From a virus (taxonomy: Duplodnaviria; Caudoviricetes), in the IMG/VR virus record IMGVR_UViG_3300042362_000235, positions 1 through 59,826 of that record: a stretch of DNA of 59,826 bases. One strand, 5' to 3'. A program made the position numbers and the translations under genes. Each line of letters opens with the position of its first letter. Position 1 is the stretch's first letter. The notes beneath the pieces were generated by a model, which saw only the letters and a list, made by a program, of their open reading frames with translations, was not told the DNA's origin and searched no databases. Positions 25,997 through 36,701 of the stretch are shown here, one piece after another.

Positions 25997-26611
25997 ATGG
26001 CCGTCTGGTCGGACTTCCACCCGCACGCACTGGTGTTCGTGCCGGGCTGCCCCGACCCGCTCCTCGAGCAGGAACTGCGCGGCGCGGCCATCGAGTTCTT
26101 CCGGCGCACCCGTGCCTGGAGGCAGTGGCTGGACGAGATCACGACGACGGCGGGCGTCCGCCAGTACCCGATCGTGCTGCCATCCGGCTCGGAGATCGTG
26201 CGCATCGAGCAGGCCACCGCCGACGACCGGCCCATTGAGGTGCAGATCCATCACGCACAGCGCGCGGATCCGGCGGCCGTACAAAGCAGCGACTACGCGC
26301 TGGCCAGCGATGACCGCCGCACCTTGACCATCCTGCGCGACGTGGCGGCCGGCACGCGCCTGCGGCTGCAGGCCGCGCTGATGCCCAGCCTGACGGCCGC
26401 CGGAATCCCTGACGACCTGTTCGCGCAGCACGTGGACGCCATCGTGGCTGGCGCGCGTTACCGCTTGAAGCGCATGCCCGGGCCGCTTGCCGACGGCGCT
26501 GGCGCCAAGGTCGCGCTGGGCGAGTTCGAGAGCGCCATCGCCACCGGCGCGCTGGATGCCTGGCGTGGCGACACCAACAACGTGCCGCGGGCGCGGCCGA
26601 AGTGGTGCTGA
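25997..26611 (+). CDS. Probable head-tail adaptor
   Basis: VPGCPDPLLEQELRGAAIEFFRRT; position after the capsid genes. Confidence 0.65.
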   Translation: MAVWSDFHPHALVFVPGCPDPLLEQELRGAAIEFFRRTRAWRQWLDEITTTAGVRQYPIVLPSGSEIVRIEQATADDRPIEVQIHHAQRADPAAVQSSDYALASDDRRTLTILRDVAAGTRLRLQAALMPSLTAAGIPDDLFAQHVDAIVAGARYRLKRMPGPLADGAGAKVALGEFESAIATGALDAWRGDTNNVPRARPKWC

Positions 26612-26647
26612 TGACCTGCTGACCCTACCCGACGAAGGAACTGCCAC

Positions 26648-27367
26648 ATGCCTCTGACCGCGCAATCCATCGTCCGCCGCGTCGTCGAAACGCTGCAGGA
26701 CACGACCTCGATCCGCTGGCCGGTGGCCGAGCTGGTGCGCTACCTCAACGACGGGCAGCGCGAGATCATCATCCACCGGCCCGACAGCATGGTGACCAAC
26801 GCGGCGCACACGCTGTCGGCCGGCAGCCGGCAGACGCTGCCTGCCAACGGCGCCAAGCTCATGGACGTGGTGCGCAACAGCGGCGGCAATCGCCGGTCGG
26901 TGCGCCTGTGCGCGCGTGAAATCCTCGACTCGCAGTCGCCGGGCTGGCACAACCTGGCGGGCGTGACCGAGATCCTGCACTTCATGTTCGACCCGCGCGA
27001 CCCGCGCACGTTCTACGTGTACCCGCCGGCCGCCGCCTCGGGCGCCTCGGTGGACATCGTCTACACCGCGCTGCCCAGCGACGTGGCCGAGCCCGCGGCC
27101 GGCAGCGACTACACCACGGTGACAGGCAACATCAGCGTGCCCGACATCTACGGCAACTCGCTGCAGGACTACATCCTGTACCGCGCATACACCAAGGACA
27201 GCCAGTTTGCGGGCAACGCTGCGCGCGCTCAGGCGCACTACGCCGCCTTCGCCAACGCGCTGGGCATCGAGATCAAGGCCACGGTGGCCGTGGCGCCGAC
27301 CTCGCCCGGCAACCCCAACCACCCCATGGCCTCGGCTGCGGTGGCCGGCGCTGCTGCGGCGGGCTGA
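26648..27367 (+). CDS. Probable adaptor/tail protein (DUF6682-like)
   Basis: RWPVAELVRYLNDGQREI...FYVYPP...YILYRAYTKD. Confidence 0.7.
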   Translation: MPLTAQSIVRRVVETLQDTTSIRWPVAELVRYLNDGQREIIIHRPDSMVTNAAHTLSAGSRQTLPANGAKLMDVVRNSGGNRRSVRLCAREILDSQSPGWHNLAGVTEILHFMFDPRDPRTFYVYPPAAASGASVDIVYTALPSDVAEPAAGSDYTTVTGNISVPDIYGNSLQDYILYRAYTKDSQFAGNAARAQAHYAAFANALGIEIKATVAVAPTSPGNPNHPMASAAVAGAAAAG

Positions 27368-27389
27368 CGCAACGCATTGAGGGAACGCG

Positions 27390-29747
27390 GTGGCCATCAT
27401 CCGCTTGGGCGGGTTTGCTGGGGAGAACCGCGCGCTGCATCCATCGCTCTTGCCGGAGTCGGTGGGGGTGGCCAGCCGCAACCAACGGCCAGGCCGCGGC
27501 GATCTGCGTCCGTGGCGGCAACCGTCTACGGTGGCCACGGTGCCAGCGGGGCGGCAAACCATCTACCGAATGGGCCGCGACACGGCGACCGACGCCACGT
27601 ACTGGCTGAGCTGGGCCGGCACGGTGCATGCGGTGCGCGGCTTCGATCCCAACGACACCACCGAGCGCACCTACTACACCGGCGACGGCATCCCCAAGGT
27701 CACCGACAACACCGCGCTCGACGGCGTGGGGACGCAGGACAACCCGGGCGCCAACTGGCGCCCGCTCGGCGTACCTGCGCCCGCTACTGCGCCCACGGTG
27801 GCTGCTGTGGCCGCACCCGCAGTCGCCGACGCTGGCAAGTTCGAGTTCGTCATCGACGATGCGACGATCGCCGGCCTGACCGTGGGCGCAGTGCTGCGGT
27901 TCACGCGGATCATCGACGGGACCGACCAGACTGCGCAGCAGATCACGCTGACGGCGGGGCAGGGTGGCGGTGTCACGCGGGCGTCGCTGGCCGGGCAGAT
28001 TGACGCGCTGCAAGGCTTTGACGCCACCGCGCAGGACGGCGCCAGCGGGGCCGTGGCCGGCGTGCGTGTCATCACAAGCGTTGTCGGCGTGGGGTTTCGA
28101 GTCGACAAGAAGACGAGCACTACGCAGAGCTACGACCCGGCGGTCGTCACCTACGCCAACCTGTTCGGCGGGCAGGCTGCAGGCACCGCGGCAGCGGGGC
28201 AAGTCCCTGCTGGTCCTGCCGTCATCACGATCGCCAGCACGTCGATCAATGCCACCGACACGCCTGTCGGCGATGTGTGGGCCTTGACGATCAACGGCGC
28301 CCAGCCGGTCAGGGTCACGTTGCCGGCAGGTGCCGGCACATTCCCGCCAGCGGTGACGGCAGCCAGTCTCGCAAGCGCGCTGAGCGTGGCCGGCGTCGCG
28401 GCATCGGTGGTTGTTGCAGCCAACGGCGTCACGCAGGACGTGCGCGTGCAAACACAGGCTGCTGGCACGGCCGCCACACTGCTGATCCGGCGGGTCAGCC
28501 CAGCCGCATCCGATGTGTTTTCAGCCATCGGTGTTGGCAACGAAATTGGTCAGACCGAGGCTACCAAGGTGACGACGTTCTACGTCTACACCTACGTGAC
28601 CGACTGGGGCTGGGAAAGCGCTCCAAGCCCTCCCAGCGCCGAGCTCACCCGCGCGGGCGACGCGACGGCGACCATCAGCGCGTTCGCCACGCCGCCCGCG
28701 GGCAACTACGGCATCAACAAGCTGCGGATCTACCGCACGCAGACCGGCGCCAGCGGCGCGACGGACTTCTTCTTCCTGCGCGAGATTGCCCTCGGCACGG
28801 CCAGCACCACGGACGACAACCGCGACTTGGGCGAGCCGCTCCCGACCACGACCTGGGTGATGCCGCCTGCCGACATGACCCACCTGACGGCGCTGTGGGC
28901 TGGCATGCTGGCTGGCATCAGCGGCAACCGCGTGCGGTTCTCCGAGCCGTTCACCGCCTACGCCTGGCCGGAGGAGTACGACGTGATCCCGCCGGACTCC
29001 AAGCCGGTGGCGCTGGGTGTCTTCGGCCAGCAACTGCTGGTGCTGACCACCGGGCGCCCGCTGCTGGTGACCGGCTCCAGCCCCGACTCGCTCGACCAGC
29101 AGCCGCTCGAGCTGCCGCAGGGCTGCGTCTCGGCGCGATCGGTCGTCAGCATGGGTTCGGGCGTAGCGTGGGCCAGCGAGGACGGCCTGTGCTGGTACGG
29201 CGTGGGCGGCGCTCGCGTGCTCACTGCCAGCGTCATGCGGCGCGAAGACTGGCAGGCGCTGGCCCCCAGCACCATCGTCGGCCGGCTTTACGAGGGCATG
29301 TACTTTGGAAGCTACGACGACGGCAGCGGCCGCAAGGGCTTCATGATCGACCCGGCCAACCCGCTGGGCATCTATTTCCTTGATGCCGGCTACGAGGGCA
29401 TGCACTTCGACGAGTTGCGCGACCAGCTCTACGTTCTGTCGGGCACGTCCGTGCAGAAGTGGGATGCGGGCACGAGCCTGATGACTTGCCGGTTCCGCAG
29501 CAAGGTCTTCAGGGCACCACAGCCCCTCAACTTCGCGTGCGCAGAAGTGAAAGCAGACGCCTTTCCAGTCACCCTACGCATTTGGGCCGACGGTGTGTTT
29601 CGCCACACACAGACGGTCTCGAACATCGCTGCGTTCCGGCTGCCTGGCGGGTTCCTGGCCGACGAGTGGCAGTTCGAGGTGGAAAGCTCTGCCGCGGTGC
29701 AAAGCGTGGCGGTCGCGACCAGCGTCGAAGAACTTGCGCAGGCTTGA
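27390..29747 (+). CDS. Probable tail nozzle/stabilisation protein
   Basis: FAGEN..GDLRPW, YVYTYVTDWGWESAPSPPS, FSEPFTAYAWP, GCVSARS, FRLPGG. Confidence 0.7.
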   Translation: MAIIRLGGFAGENRALHPSLLPESVGVASRNQRPGRGDLRPWRQPSTVATVPAGRQTIYRMGRDTATDATYWLSWAGTVHAVRGFDPNDTTERTYYTGDGIPKVTDNTALDGVGTQDNPGANWRPLGVPAPATAPTVAAVAAPAVADAGKFEFVIDDATIAGLTVGAVLRFTRIIDGTDQTAQQITLTAGQGGGVTRASLAGQIDALQGFDATAQDGASGAVAGVRVITSVVGVGFRVDKKTSTTQSYDPAVVTYANLFGGQAAGTAAAGQVPAGPAVITIASTSINATDTPVGDVWALTINGAQPVRVTLPAGAGTFPPAVTAASLASALSVAGVAASVVVAANGVTQDVRVQTQAAGTAATLLIRRVSPAASDVFSAIGVGNEIGQTEATKVTTFYVYTYVTDWGWESAPSPPSAELTRAGDATATISAFATPPAGNYGINKLRIYRTQTGASGATDFFFLREIALGTASTTDDNRDLGEPLPTTTWVMPPADMTHLTALWAGMLAGISGNRVRFSEPFTAYAWPEEYDVIPPDSKPVALGVFGQQLLVLTTGRPLLVTGSSPDSLDQQPLELPQGCVSARSVVSMGSGVAWASEDGLCWYGVGGARVLTASVMRREDWQALAPSTIVGRLYEGMYFGSYDDGSGRKGFMIDPANPLGIYFLDAGYEGMHFDELRDQLYVLSGTSVQKWDAGTSLMTCRFRSKVFRAPQPLNFACAEVKADAFPVTLRIWADGVFRHTQTVSNIAAFRLPGGFLADEWQFEVESSAAVQSVAVATSVEELAQA

Positions 29748-29748
29748 C

Positions 29749-32700
29749 GTGACCCAGCGAAACGATCTACCCCCAGCAACGTCCGTCAACTTCGAGCAGC
29801 GCGTTCGCGAAACGCTGATGACGTACCTGGGGCGTCAAGGCGATCCACTGGACCGCGGCGTCACGCTGCGCGATCTCGTCGATGCCGGCATCGCCAAGGT
29901 GTCGGACCGATACCTGTCGCGGCGCGGCGGGCCGCAAGGCGGCGGGCCTGTGCTCATCCCGGGAAGCGCAGAGTCTGCGGAACGGGACTTGACCCCGCCG
30001 CCAACGCCCACCGGGTTCAAGGTGACGGCCGGCATCTCTCACGTCTTCATCGAGCACGATGTGCCGCGCTATACGCAGGGCCGCGGGCACTTGAGGACGC
30101 ACGTCTACGCTGCAGCCGTCAACGAAGGCCAGGGGCTCCCCACGTTCGATGCGGCAGCCCCGGTGGGCCAGTTCGAGGGGACGTTCTACGCGCTGCCGAC
30201 AAACCCTTCGACGACGCTGTGCCTGTGGATCAAGTGGGAAACGCGCGATCAGGTCTTGAGTGTCGGCCCTGCCGGGGGCATCAACGGCCTGCAAGTCACT
30301 ACCGGCCAGGACGTATCTCTGCTGCTGGACGCACTCACGGGGGCGATCACCGAAGGCCAGCTCTACCAGACGCTGCGTGACCGCATCGACCTCATCGACG
30401 GCGTGCAGCCGGGGTCGGTCAACGACCGCATCCAGACTGAAGTCGGCAACCGTGCCGCCGCGCTCCTGGCGGAGGCTGACGCCCGGGCTGCAGCCGACGC
30501 AATCCTGTCGGCGGTCCAAGGAGCTTTTGGGGGAAGCGCCGGGCAGCTTGCGGCAGCAGTCCAGATCGAACAGCAGACGAGAATTGACCAAGACGCCGCA
30601 CTAGCTTCCCGGTCTGAGTTCGTGGCCGCGCAGTCGGCCAGCTCTGCCGCGGCCGTCGTTGTCGAGCAGCAAGCCCGATCCGACGCCGACTCAGCCATGG
30701 CGTCGCAGACCACCGCCCTGGCGGCGCGCCTGGGCGACAACGCCGCCGCGCTCCAGCTTGAGCAGCAGGCCAGGGCGGATGCCGATTCATCGCTGTCCTC
30801 GCAGGTGCTCACGCTGTCGTCTGCCGTCGGCGATGCCGACGCCGCCATCGAGGTCGAGCAGCAGGTCCGCGCCAGCGCGGATTCCGCCGTCGCCTCGCAG
30901 GCCACCACGCTGGCCACGGCGCTGGGCGCCAACTCTGCCGGCCTGTTCGAGGAAGCCCAGGCCCGCACCACGGCCGACGCGGCGGCCTCCAGCGTCGTCG
31001 CAGGGCTCAACGCCGCAGCCGGCGCCAACTCGGCCGGGCTGCTGACCGAGCAGCAAGCGCGGGCGGATGCCGACAGCGCCGCCGCGTCGAGCGTGGCGTC
31101 GCTGTCCGCGGCCGCCGGCAGCAACGCCGCGGCCATCGTGGCCGAGCAGACGACCCGGGCCAACGAAGACTCGACGCTGTCCAGCCAGATCACGACGCTG
31201 TCGAGCGACTACAGCACCAACAAGGCGCTGGTGCAGTCGCAGATCACGACGCTGACCAATGCCGACAGCGCCTTCGCCCAGCAGATCAACACCGTCCAGG
31301 CCGTGGCCAATGGGGTTGCGTTCGAGCCCGCAATCTCTTGGAACTTCGATGCCACCGTCGAGGGGTGGAACGTCGGCGGCGCGACGGGCTCCATCGTCAG
31401 GGGCGCGCTGCGGGTTGTCTCGACCGGCACCGACCCGATCATCAGCTCGCCGACGGCCTTAAGCGTCAACGGCGCCGTCAACACGCTGATCCGGGCTCGC
31501 GTGCGCCGGCTCGCCGGCACCGGCTGGCAGGGGCAGGTCTACTACTCCACCGCCGGCCACGGCTGGACGGAGGGGTTCCGCAAGATCATCCCGGACACCA
31601 CCGTCCTCAACGAGTGGCGCGTGCTCGAGTGGGACATGGCGGCGCTGACGACCGGCGGCAACGACTGGATCACCAGCACCATCGACACCATTCGCATCGA
31701 CCTGGGGACGACCGCGTCCGACCAGTTCGATGTCGACTGGATCGCCATCGGCCGCACGGGACAGGTCGCCTACACCGCGGCCATCCAGCAGGAATCGAGC
31801 GCCCGAGCCACCGCGGTTGGCACCATCGAGTCCAGGTTCACCGTCAAGGTGAACGCGGCGAACCACGTTGCCGGCTTCGGCCTCATCGCCACGGCCAACA
31901 ACGGCACGACGGTCAGCGACTTTGGCGTTGCCGCAGACCGCTTCTTCATCGCCCCGGCCGCCGTGGCCCAGGCCACCGCGCCCAGCGCAAACCTGTACAG
32001 CGGCTTCGTGTGGCTCGACACCAGCGTGACGCCCAACGTCACCCGGTACTGGAACGGCTCGACCTGGACGACGACCCCGCCCCGGCTGCCGTTCATCGTG
32101 CAGGCCACGCCGACCACGATCAACGGCGTGAGCGTGCCGGCCGGCGTCTACATCGACACGGCCTTCATCCGCGACGGCACGATCACCAGCGCGAAGATCG
32201 GCAACGCGACCATCGACAACGCCAAGATCGCAGACGTATCGGCCGGCAAGATCACTGGCGGCGCGATGCAGGTGGGCTCGTTCATCCAGTCGACGAACTA
32301 CACCAGCGGGACCAGCGGAGCCGGGTGGCGCATCAACGCTGACGGCACCGCAGAGCTTCAGGCCGCCTACATCCGGGGCAACATCTCCGCAGCGAACATT
32401 GGCGCCAACACGATCACGGCCGACAAGATCGACACCCGCGGCCTCGACATCAAGGATGCCAGTGGCAACGTCATCTTCTCGTCCGGGGTCAACCTTGCTT
32501 CCAGCCGCGTCAACCCGGCCGCCGGCTGGCTGAACTCCAACATCACGGTCAGCGCAGGCCAGCTCGCCGGCATCGGCACGCCGGGCGTCGTGGTGGACAA
32601 CTCGTACCAGACCATCGGCCAGAACCTGCTTCCGGCCTCGGACCAGACGCAGGGCTCAACGTGGATGCGGGCCTACAGCCCCAACGGGGCGACGTTCAAC

Positions 32701-35700
32701 AACGGTTCGGGCGGCGTTTTCCCGCAGCTTTCGCGCCTGATCTGGTCGACGGCACCAAACAGCAACCTATTCGTCCTTCGCGGCGGCACGCTGAATTCCG
32801 TGGCAGTTCAGCAGACCAACCGCCACACCGGCACCGTAGACGGCGACAACGACGGTTCCAGCAATACGACTGCAGCCGACTTTGTCTTTGGCATCGCCAG
32901 CGGCATCTACATCGACACCGAGCAGCACGCATGGGTGCCGGTCACCCCGGGCGAGCGCATCTGCGCCTCGGCCTACGTTGCCACGCACCGCTGCCGGACG
33001 CTGCTGTTCATTGCCTTTCAGTCGTTCGATGACAACGGGAACGTCACGGAGTCTTACGCAGGCTTTGTGGAGCCGACCTCCAGAACGACGTGGTCCGCAG
33101 ACGGGCAGACCCGTCGACTTGACCAGTTCCAGCGCCCCTACGTCGTTGCCACGGTGCCTGCCGGGGCAACTCGCGCGGGCCTTCGCATCCGCAAGTACAA
33201 CACGGTTGCCGGTCAATCAGATTCGTGGGTCTGGATCGCCGGCCCGCAGATCGAGAAGGTCGCCGCCAACACTACCGGCCCGAGCCCGTACATGCCCGGC
33301 CCGCCGTCCGACACCCGGCAGCTTGGCTTTGCAGGCGACATCGACGCTCAGCGCAACAGCCGCATCACGGTCGACGGCAGCGGCGTGCTTCAGGGCGTTG
33401 GTACGACCGGCGTCACCGTCGCCAACAACCAGATCGGCATCAACGCCAGCGGTCAGGTCTATGGGCTCGGTGCTGGCAACGGGATCGCGGTCAGCAACAA
33501 CCAGATCACCGTCAATTCAGACGGCCAGCTTGCCGGCATTGGATCGTCGGGGGTCGTTGTCGACGTTGACTACGCCCCGAGCGACTCCAACGCCATCACC
33601 GACCCCAACTTCACGAAGTACGCCACCGGCCGGCTGGGTCACTTCAACCTATGGAATGGCTGGTCGATCACATCCACCGCGGGAGAAAACAACTCCCCGG
33701 GCGCGATTCTCAATGTCACGGGGGGCGGGGTATTTCGGGACATCTACCATCGCCGCCGCATCGTGGCCGAGCCTGGAGAGCGCTGGTACATCCGTGCCCG
33801 TATTCGCGTCAGCGCATCGTTTACCGACGGCGGCGGCCTGATGCTTGGCTGCAGCTCGCTCAACTCCAGCGGCACCGACTTGGCGAACTGGCCTGCCATC
33901 AGCGTCAACACTAGCGTCAGCGGGGGCATTGCCCGAAACACCTGGGTGTGGGTCGAGGGCGAGATCACAACTTCGCCGTCGCTTGCCATTGCATACGTCC
34001 AGCCTTGGATCAGCGTTCGTGAAACTGCCGCGGACGGCACTGTGCGAGTGTCGTACTGGTACTTCGGCAAAGTGGCCCAGGGCGCGACTGTCGGCGCAAC
34101 GTGGGGCACGAACGTCTCAGGCCGACCGTCGAACCTTGCCGGCCTGTCGGGCAGCGAGGCGATCCAGAACACACAGATCACGGTCAGCAACGGCGCCATC
34201 CAGGGCATCGGCACAGGCGCCGGCACGCTGATCGACGCCACGAAGGTCGCGGGCGACAACCTGATCCCTGACCCGACCTTCCTGAACCCGGCCTACTGGA
34301 CGGGCGGGTGGGAAGCCACCCCAGGCAGCACCTTCGCGTCGATGTCCGCGTTCCGGTGGGTCAGCAGCGGCGCTGCCAACGAGCCGCCAGCAGCGCTGCA
34401 GTTAAACAACTCCGCCGGCAGCGGCGACTTCACCGGAGGACGCATCGTTGTCGAGCAAGGCGGCACATACCGGTTGCGGATGCGCGTTTACAAGGCTGGC
34501 GCGTGTTCGGGCGTGGTGTGGGCGGGTTTGCACGTTCCCAATCAGGCGTGGTGGACGGCGCTGCCGCAGAACACTCCCGGCGACCCGACGGCCGGTATCA
34601 ACTGGTCAGCCATTCCGCAAGACGCCTGGGCGACCTATGAGTCGTTCTTGACCGTCACTGGGGCCGGTACGGCGCAGATGCAGCCCCGCATCCGCAACGT
34701 CATCACGGCTGGCAACTTCTACTTCACGATGGAGTTGCAGCGGGCGACGACCGCTGAACTGTTCCGCGTGCAGTACGGGACCGGCAACCTGATGCGGAAC
34801 TCCAGCTTCGAGCTTTACACGGGCACAAGCGGGATCCCGGATACGTTCCAGCTCATCGGCGCGAACGGTGCGACGGTGACGCCTTCGGTCGTGACGTCCC
34901 CCGCCCTGCACGGAAGCCGCGCGTTCCAGATCGCCGTGACCAGCACGACTGGCGCGTCCGGCGTCGGCGTGATCTACGGCCAGACCGCGGCCGATGCGGT
35001 CACTGTGGTCGAGGGGCTGCGGTACTGTCTGTCGGGCTACTTCCGCAGCACAACGACGGCGTACAGGGCGCGCCTGGACATCCTGTGGTACTCCGACGCA
35101 GCCGCGACCGTGCAGGTTGGCTCGACCGTTGCATACGACCAAGCTCTGACGACGGCCAACGCTTGGGAGCGCGTCACGGCGCCTGCCGTTGTCGCGCCGT
35201 CAGGAGCCGTGCGGGCGCGCGTGCGCGTTGGGCTGCAGCGGCCCAGTACCGGAGACACGACCCTGGGAACGGTCCAGATTGACGCCGTGCAATTCCAGGC
35301 GTCTGACGCCTCCACTGCGTACAACGTCAGCCAGTTTGACAAGGTCGGAACCGACAACCCGATCAACACGGCCAACATCTCGACGTACATCGCGGCTGGC
35401 GCCATTGGCAACGCCTACATCGGCAACTTCATCCAGTCGACGAACTTCAACGGGGTCATCGACGAGAGCGGCAACATCACCAGCAACGGCACTGTTGGCT
35501 GGGCTATTGGCAAGGGCGGCCAGCTCGTAGCGCACTCCGGCACGTTCCGGGGGACGGTGTCGGCAGGAAGCAGCCCTGCGGTCAGTGGCAACACGATGAG
35601 CGGCTCGGGTGCCGTATTCAACCCGAGCGGCACGTTCGCCATCGGCAACTCGTCCGGCAACCTGTCCTTCAACGGCACGACGCTGACGGTCAACGGCAAC

Positions 35701-36102
35701 CTCATCGCTACCGGCAACCTGCAGGCCAACGCAATCACCAAGAGCTACGGCGTGACGTCCACGAGCGCCACTGGTACTGGCGCAGGCTCTCAGACGGCGG
35801 CCATCATCACGGTGACAAACAGCAACACCGAGATTTCGATCTTCTCTGGCGGAATTGTCAACGGCGCGGGTGGTAGTGGAAACGCGACCCTCCAGCTCCA
35901 GCGGTACGAAGGCAACAACCCCGGCAACAAGGTCAACCTGACCACCCTGTTCGGCCCCATCGACGTTCCGTTCGGCGCCGTCTTCTCGTTCCCGCCATTC
36001 GTCGATGTCCGCAACGCGGGTACGTTCACCTACGAAATCTGGAAGACGACCGGCCCAGGCATCGGCGCCAGGACGATCCTGCTTCAGGAGTTCAAGCGAT
36101 GA
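29749..36102 (+). CDS. Large tail fibre/host-specificity protein (~2117 aa; coiled coil, DUF1983-like region, several CBM-like modules)
   Basis: EQQARADAD repeats, FTVKV..HVAGFGL..ADRFFI, AFIRDGTITSAKIG, repeated NL(I/L)..F module starts. Confidence 0.8.
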   Translation: MTQRNDLPPATSVNFEQRVRETLMTYLGRQGDPLDRGVTLRDLVDAGIAKVSDRYLSRRGGPQGGGPVLIPGSAESAERDLTPPPTPTGFKVTAGISHVFIEHDVPRYTQGRGHLRTHVYAAAVNEGQGLPTFDAAAPVGQFEGTFYALPTNPSTTLCLWIKWETRDQVLSVGPAGGINGLQVTTGQDVSLLLDALTGAITEGQLYQTLRDRIDLIDGVQPGSVNDRIQTEVGNRAAALLAEADARAAADAILSAVQGAFGGSAGQLAAAVQIEQQTRIDQDAALASRSEFVAAQSASSAAAVVVEQQARSDADSAMASQTTALAARLGDNAAALQLEQQARADADSSLSSQVLTLSSAVGDADAAIEVEQQVRASADSAVASQATTLATALGANSAGLFEEAQARTTADAAASSVVAGLNAAAGANSAGLLTEQQARADADSAAASSVASLSAAAGSNAAAIVAEQTTRANEDSTLSSQITTLSSDYSTNKALVQSQITTLTNADSAFAQQINTVQAVANGVAFEPAISWNFDATVEGWNVGGATGSIVRGALRVVSTGTDPIISSPTALSVNGAVNTLIRARVRRLAGTGWQGQVYYSTAGHGWTEGFRKIIPDTTVLNEWRVLEWDMAALTTGGNDWITSTIDTIRIDLGTTASDQFDVDWIAIGRTGQVAYTAAIQQESSARATAVGTIESRFTVKVNAANHVAGFGLIATANNGTTVSDFGVAADRFFIAPAAVAQATAPSANLYSGFVWLDTSVTPNVTRYWNGSTWTTTPPRLPFIVQATPTTINGVSVPAGVYIDTAFIRDGTITSAKIGNATIDNAKIADVSAGKITGGAMQVGSFIQSTNYTSGTSGAGWRINADGTAELQAAYIRGNISAANIGANTITADKIDTRGLDIKDASGNVIFSSGVNLASSRVNPAAGWLNSNITVSAGQLAGIGTPGVVVDNSYQTIGQNLLPASDQTQGSTWMRAYSPNGATFNNGSGGVFPQLSRLIWSTAPNSNLFVLRGGTLNSVAVQQTNRHTGTVDGDNDGSSNTTAADFVFGIASGIYIDTEQHAWVPVTPGERICASAYVATHRCRTLLFIAFQSFDDNGNVTESYAGFVEPTSRTTWSADGQTRRLDQFQRPYVVATVPAGATRAGLRIRKYNTVAGQSDSWVWIAGPQIEKVAANTTGPSPYMPGPPSDTRQLGFAGDIDAQRNSRITVDGSGVLQGVGTTGVTVANNQIGINASGQVYGLGAGNGIAVSNNQITVNSDGQLAGIGSSGVVVDVDYAPSDSNAITDPNFTKYATGRLGHFNLWNGWSITSTAGENNSPGAILNVTGGGVFRDIYHRRRIVAEPGERWYIRARIRVSASFTDGGGLMLGCSSLNSSGTDLANWPAISVNTSVSGGIARNTWVWVEGEITTSPSLAIAYVQPWISVRETAADGTVRVSYWYFGKVAQGATVGATWGTNVSGRPSNLAGLSGSEAIQNTQITVSNGAIQGIGTGAGTLIDATKVAGDNLIPDPTFLNPAYWTGGWEATPGSTFASMSAFRWVSSGAANEPPAALQLNNSAGSGDFTGGRIVVEQGGTYRLRMRVYKAGACSGVVWAGLHVPNQAWWTALPQNTPGDPTAGINWSAIPQDAWATYESFLTVTGAGTAQMQPRIRNVITAGNFYFTMELQRATTAELFRVQYGTGNLMRNSSFELYTGTSGIPDTFQLIGANGATVTPSVVTSPALHGSRAFQIAVTSTTGASGVGVIYGQTAADAVTVVEGLRYCLSGYFRSTTTAYRARLDILWYSDAAATVQVGSTVAYDQALTTANAWERVTAPAVVAPSGAVRARVRVGLQRPSTGDTTLGTVQIDAVQFQASDASTAYNVSQFDKVGTDNPINTANISTYIAAGAIGNAYIGNFIQSTNFNGVIDESGNITSNGTVGWAIGKGGQLVAHSGTFRGTVSAGSSPAVSGNTMSGSGAVFNPSGTFAIGNSSGNLSFNGTTLTVNGNLIATGNLQANAITKSYGVTSTSATGTGAGSQTAAIITVTNSNTEISIFSGGIVNGAGGSGNATLQLQRYEGNNPGNKVNLTTLFGPIDVPFGAVFSFPPFVDVRNAGTFTYEIWKTTGPGIGARTILLQEFKR

Positions 36103-36683
36103 GTCTGTTTGCCATCATCAAGCAGGGCAGCGGCATCATTGACCGTGTCTTCTCCGGGCGCGCAGAAGATGCGCAGCTTCAGGTCATGGCTGGTGAGGAG
36201 CTGGCGCCGCTGGACGCCCCGCTGATCGACCCTCCATCGCCGGTTTACACCCCTGTGCTCGACGAGGGTGTTGTGGTGTGGCGCGACTTGCGATCCATGG
36301 ATAGCCTGCGCCACGACAAATGGGAAGCGATCAAGGCTGATCGCAAACACCGCATCGACGCGGGCTTTGCCTGGGGCGAGTGTGTCTTCGACTCAAGTGA
36401 GGCGTCCCGTGCAAACATCAGCGGCGCGGCAACCGGCGCAGTCGCTGCCATGTCGGCCGGTCTGCCGTTCTCAGTGATCTGGACGCTCAAGGACAACACG
36501 ACTGTCCGGCTTGATGCCCGTCAGATGATCGAGGTCGGGCTGGCGCTCATGGCGCATGTCGACGCCCAGCACGAGGTGGCTCGGAATCTGCGCCTGCAGA
36601 TCGACGCTGCGCAGACCCCGGAGGAAATCGACGCCATCACCTGGGCAGAAGATGACCCTTCCAATGCCTCGACCGCAGCTTAA
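36099..36683 (+). CDS. DUF4376-like tail fibre assembly protein
   Basis: FDSSEASRANISGA, WTLKDNTTVRL, IDAITW. Confidence 0.75.
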   Translation: MSLFAIIKQGSGIIDRVFSGRAEDAQLQVMAGEELAPLDAPLIDPPSPVYTPVLDEGVVVWRDLRSMDSLRHDKWEAIKADRKHRIDAGFAWGECVFDSSEASRANISGAATGAVAAMSAGLPFSVIWTLKDNTTVRLDARQMIEVGLALMAHVDAQHEVARNLRLQIDAAQTPEEIDAITWAEDDPSNASTAA

Positions 36684-36701
36684 CCACGACAGGAGGGTTA
36701 C

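Noticed and set aside
29749-36102. Diversity-generating retroelement or invertible tail-fibre cassette
   Set aside because: No reverse transcriptase or invertase, and no TR/VR pair was noticed.
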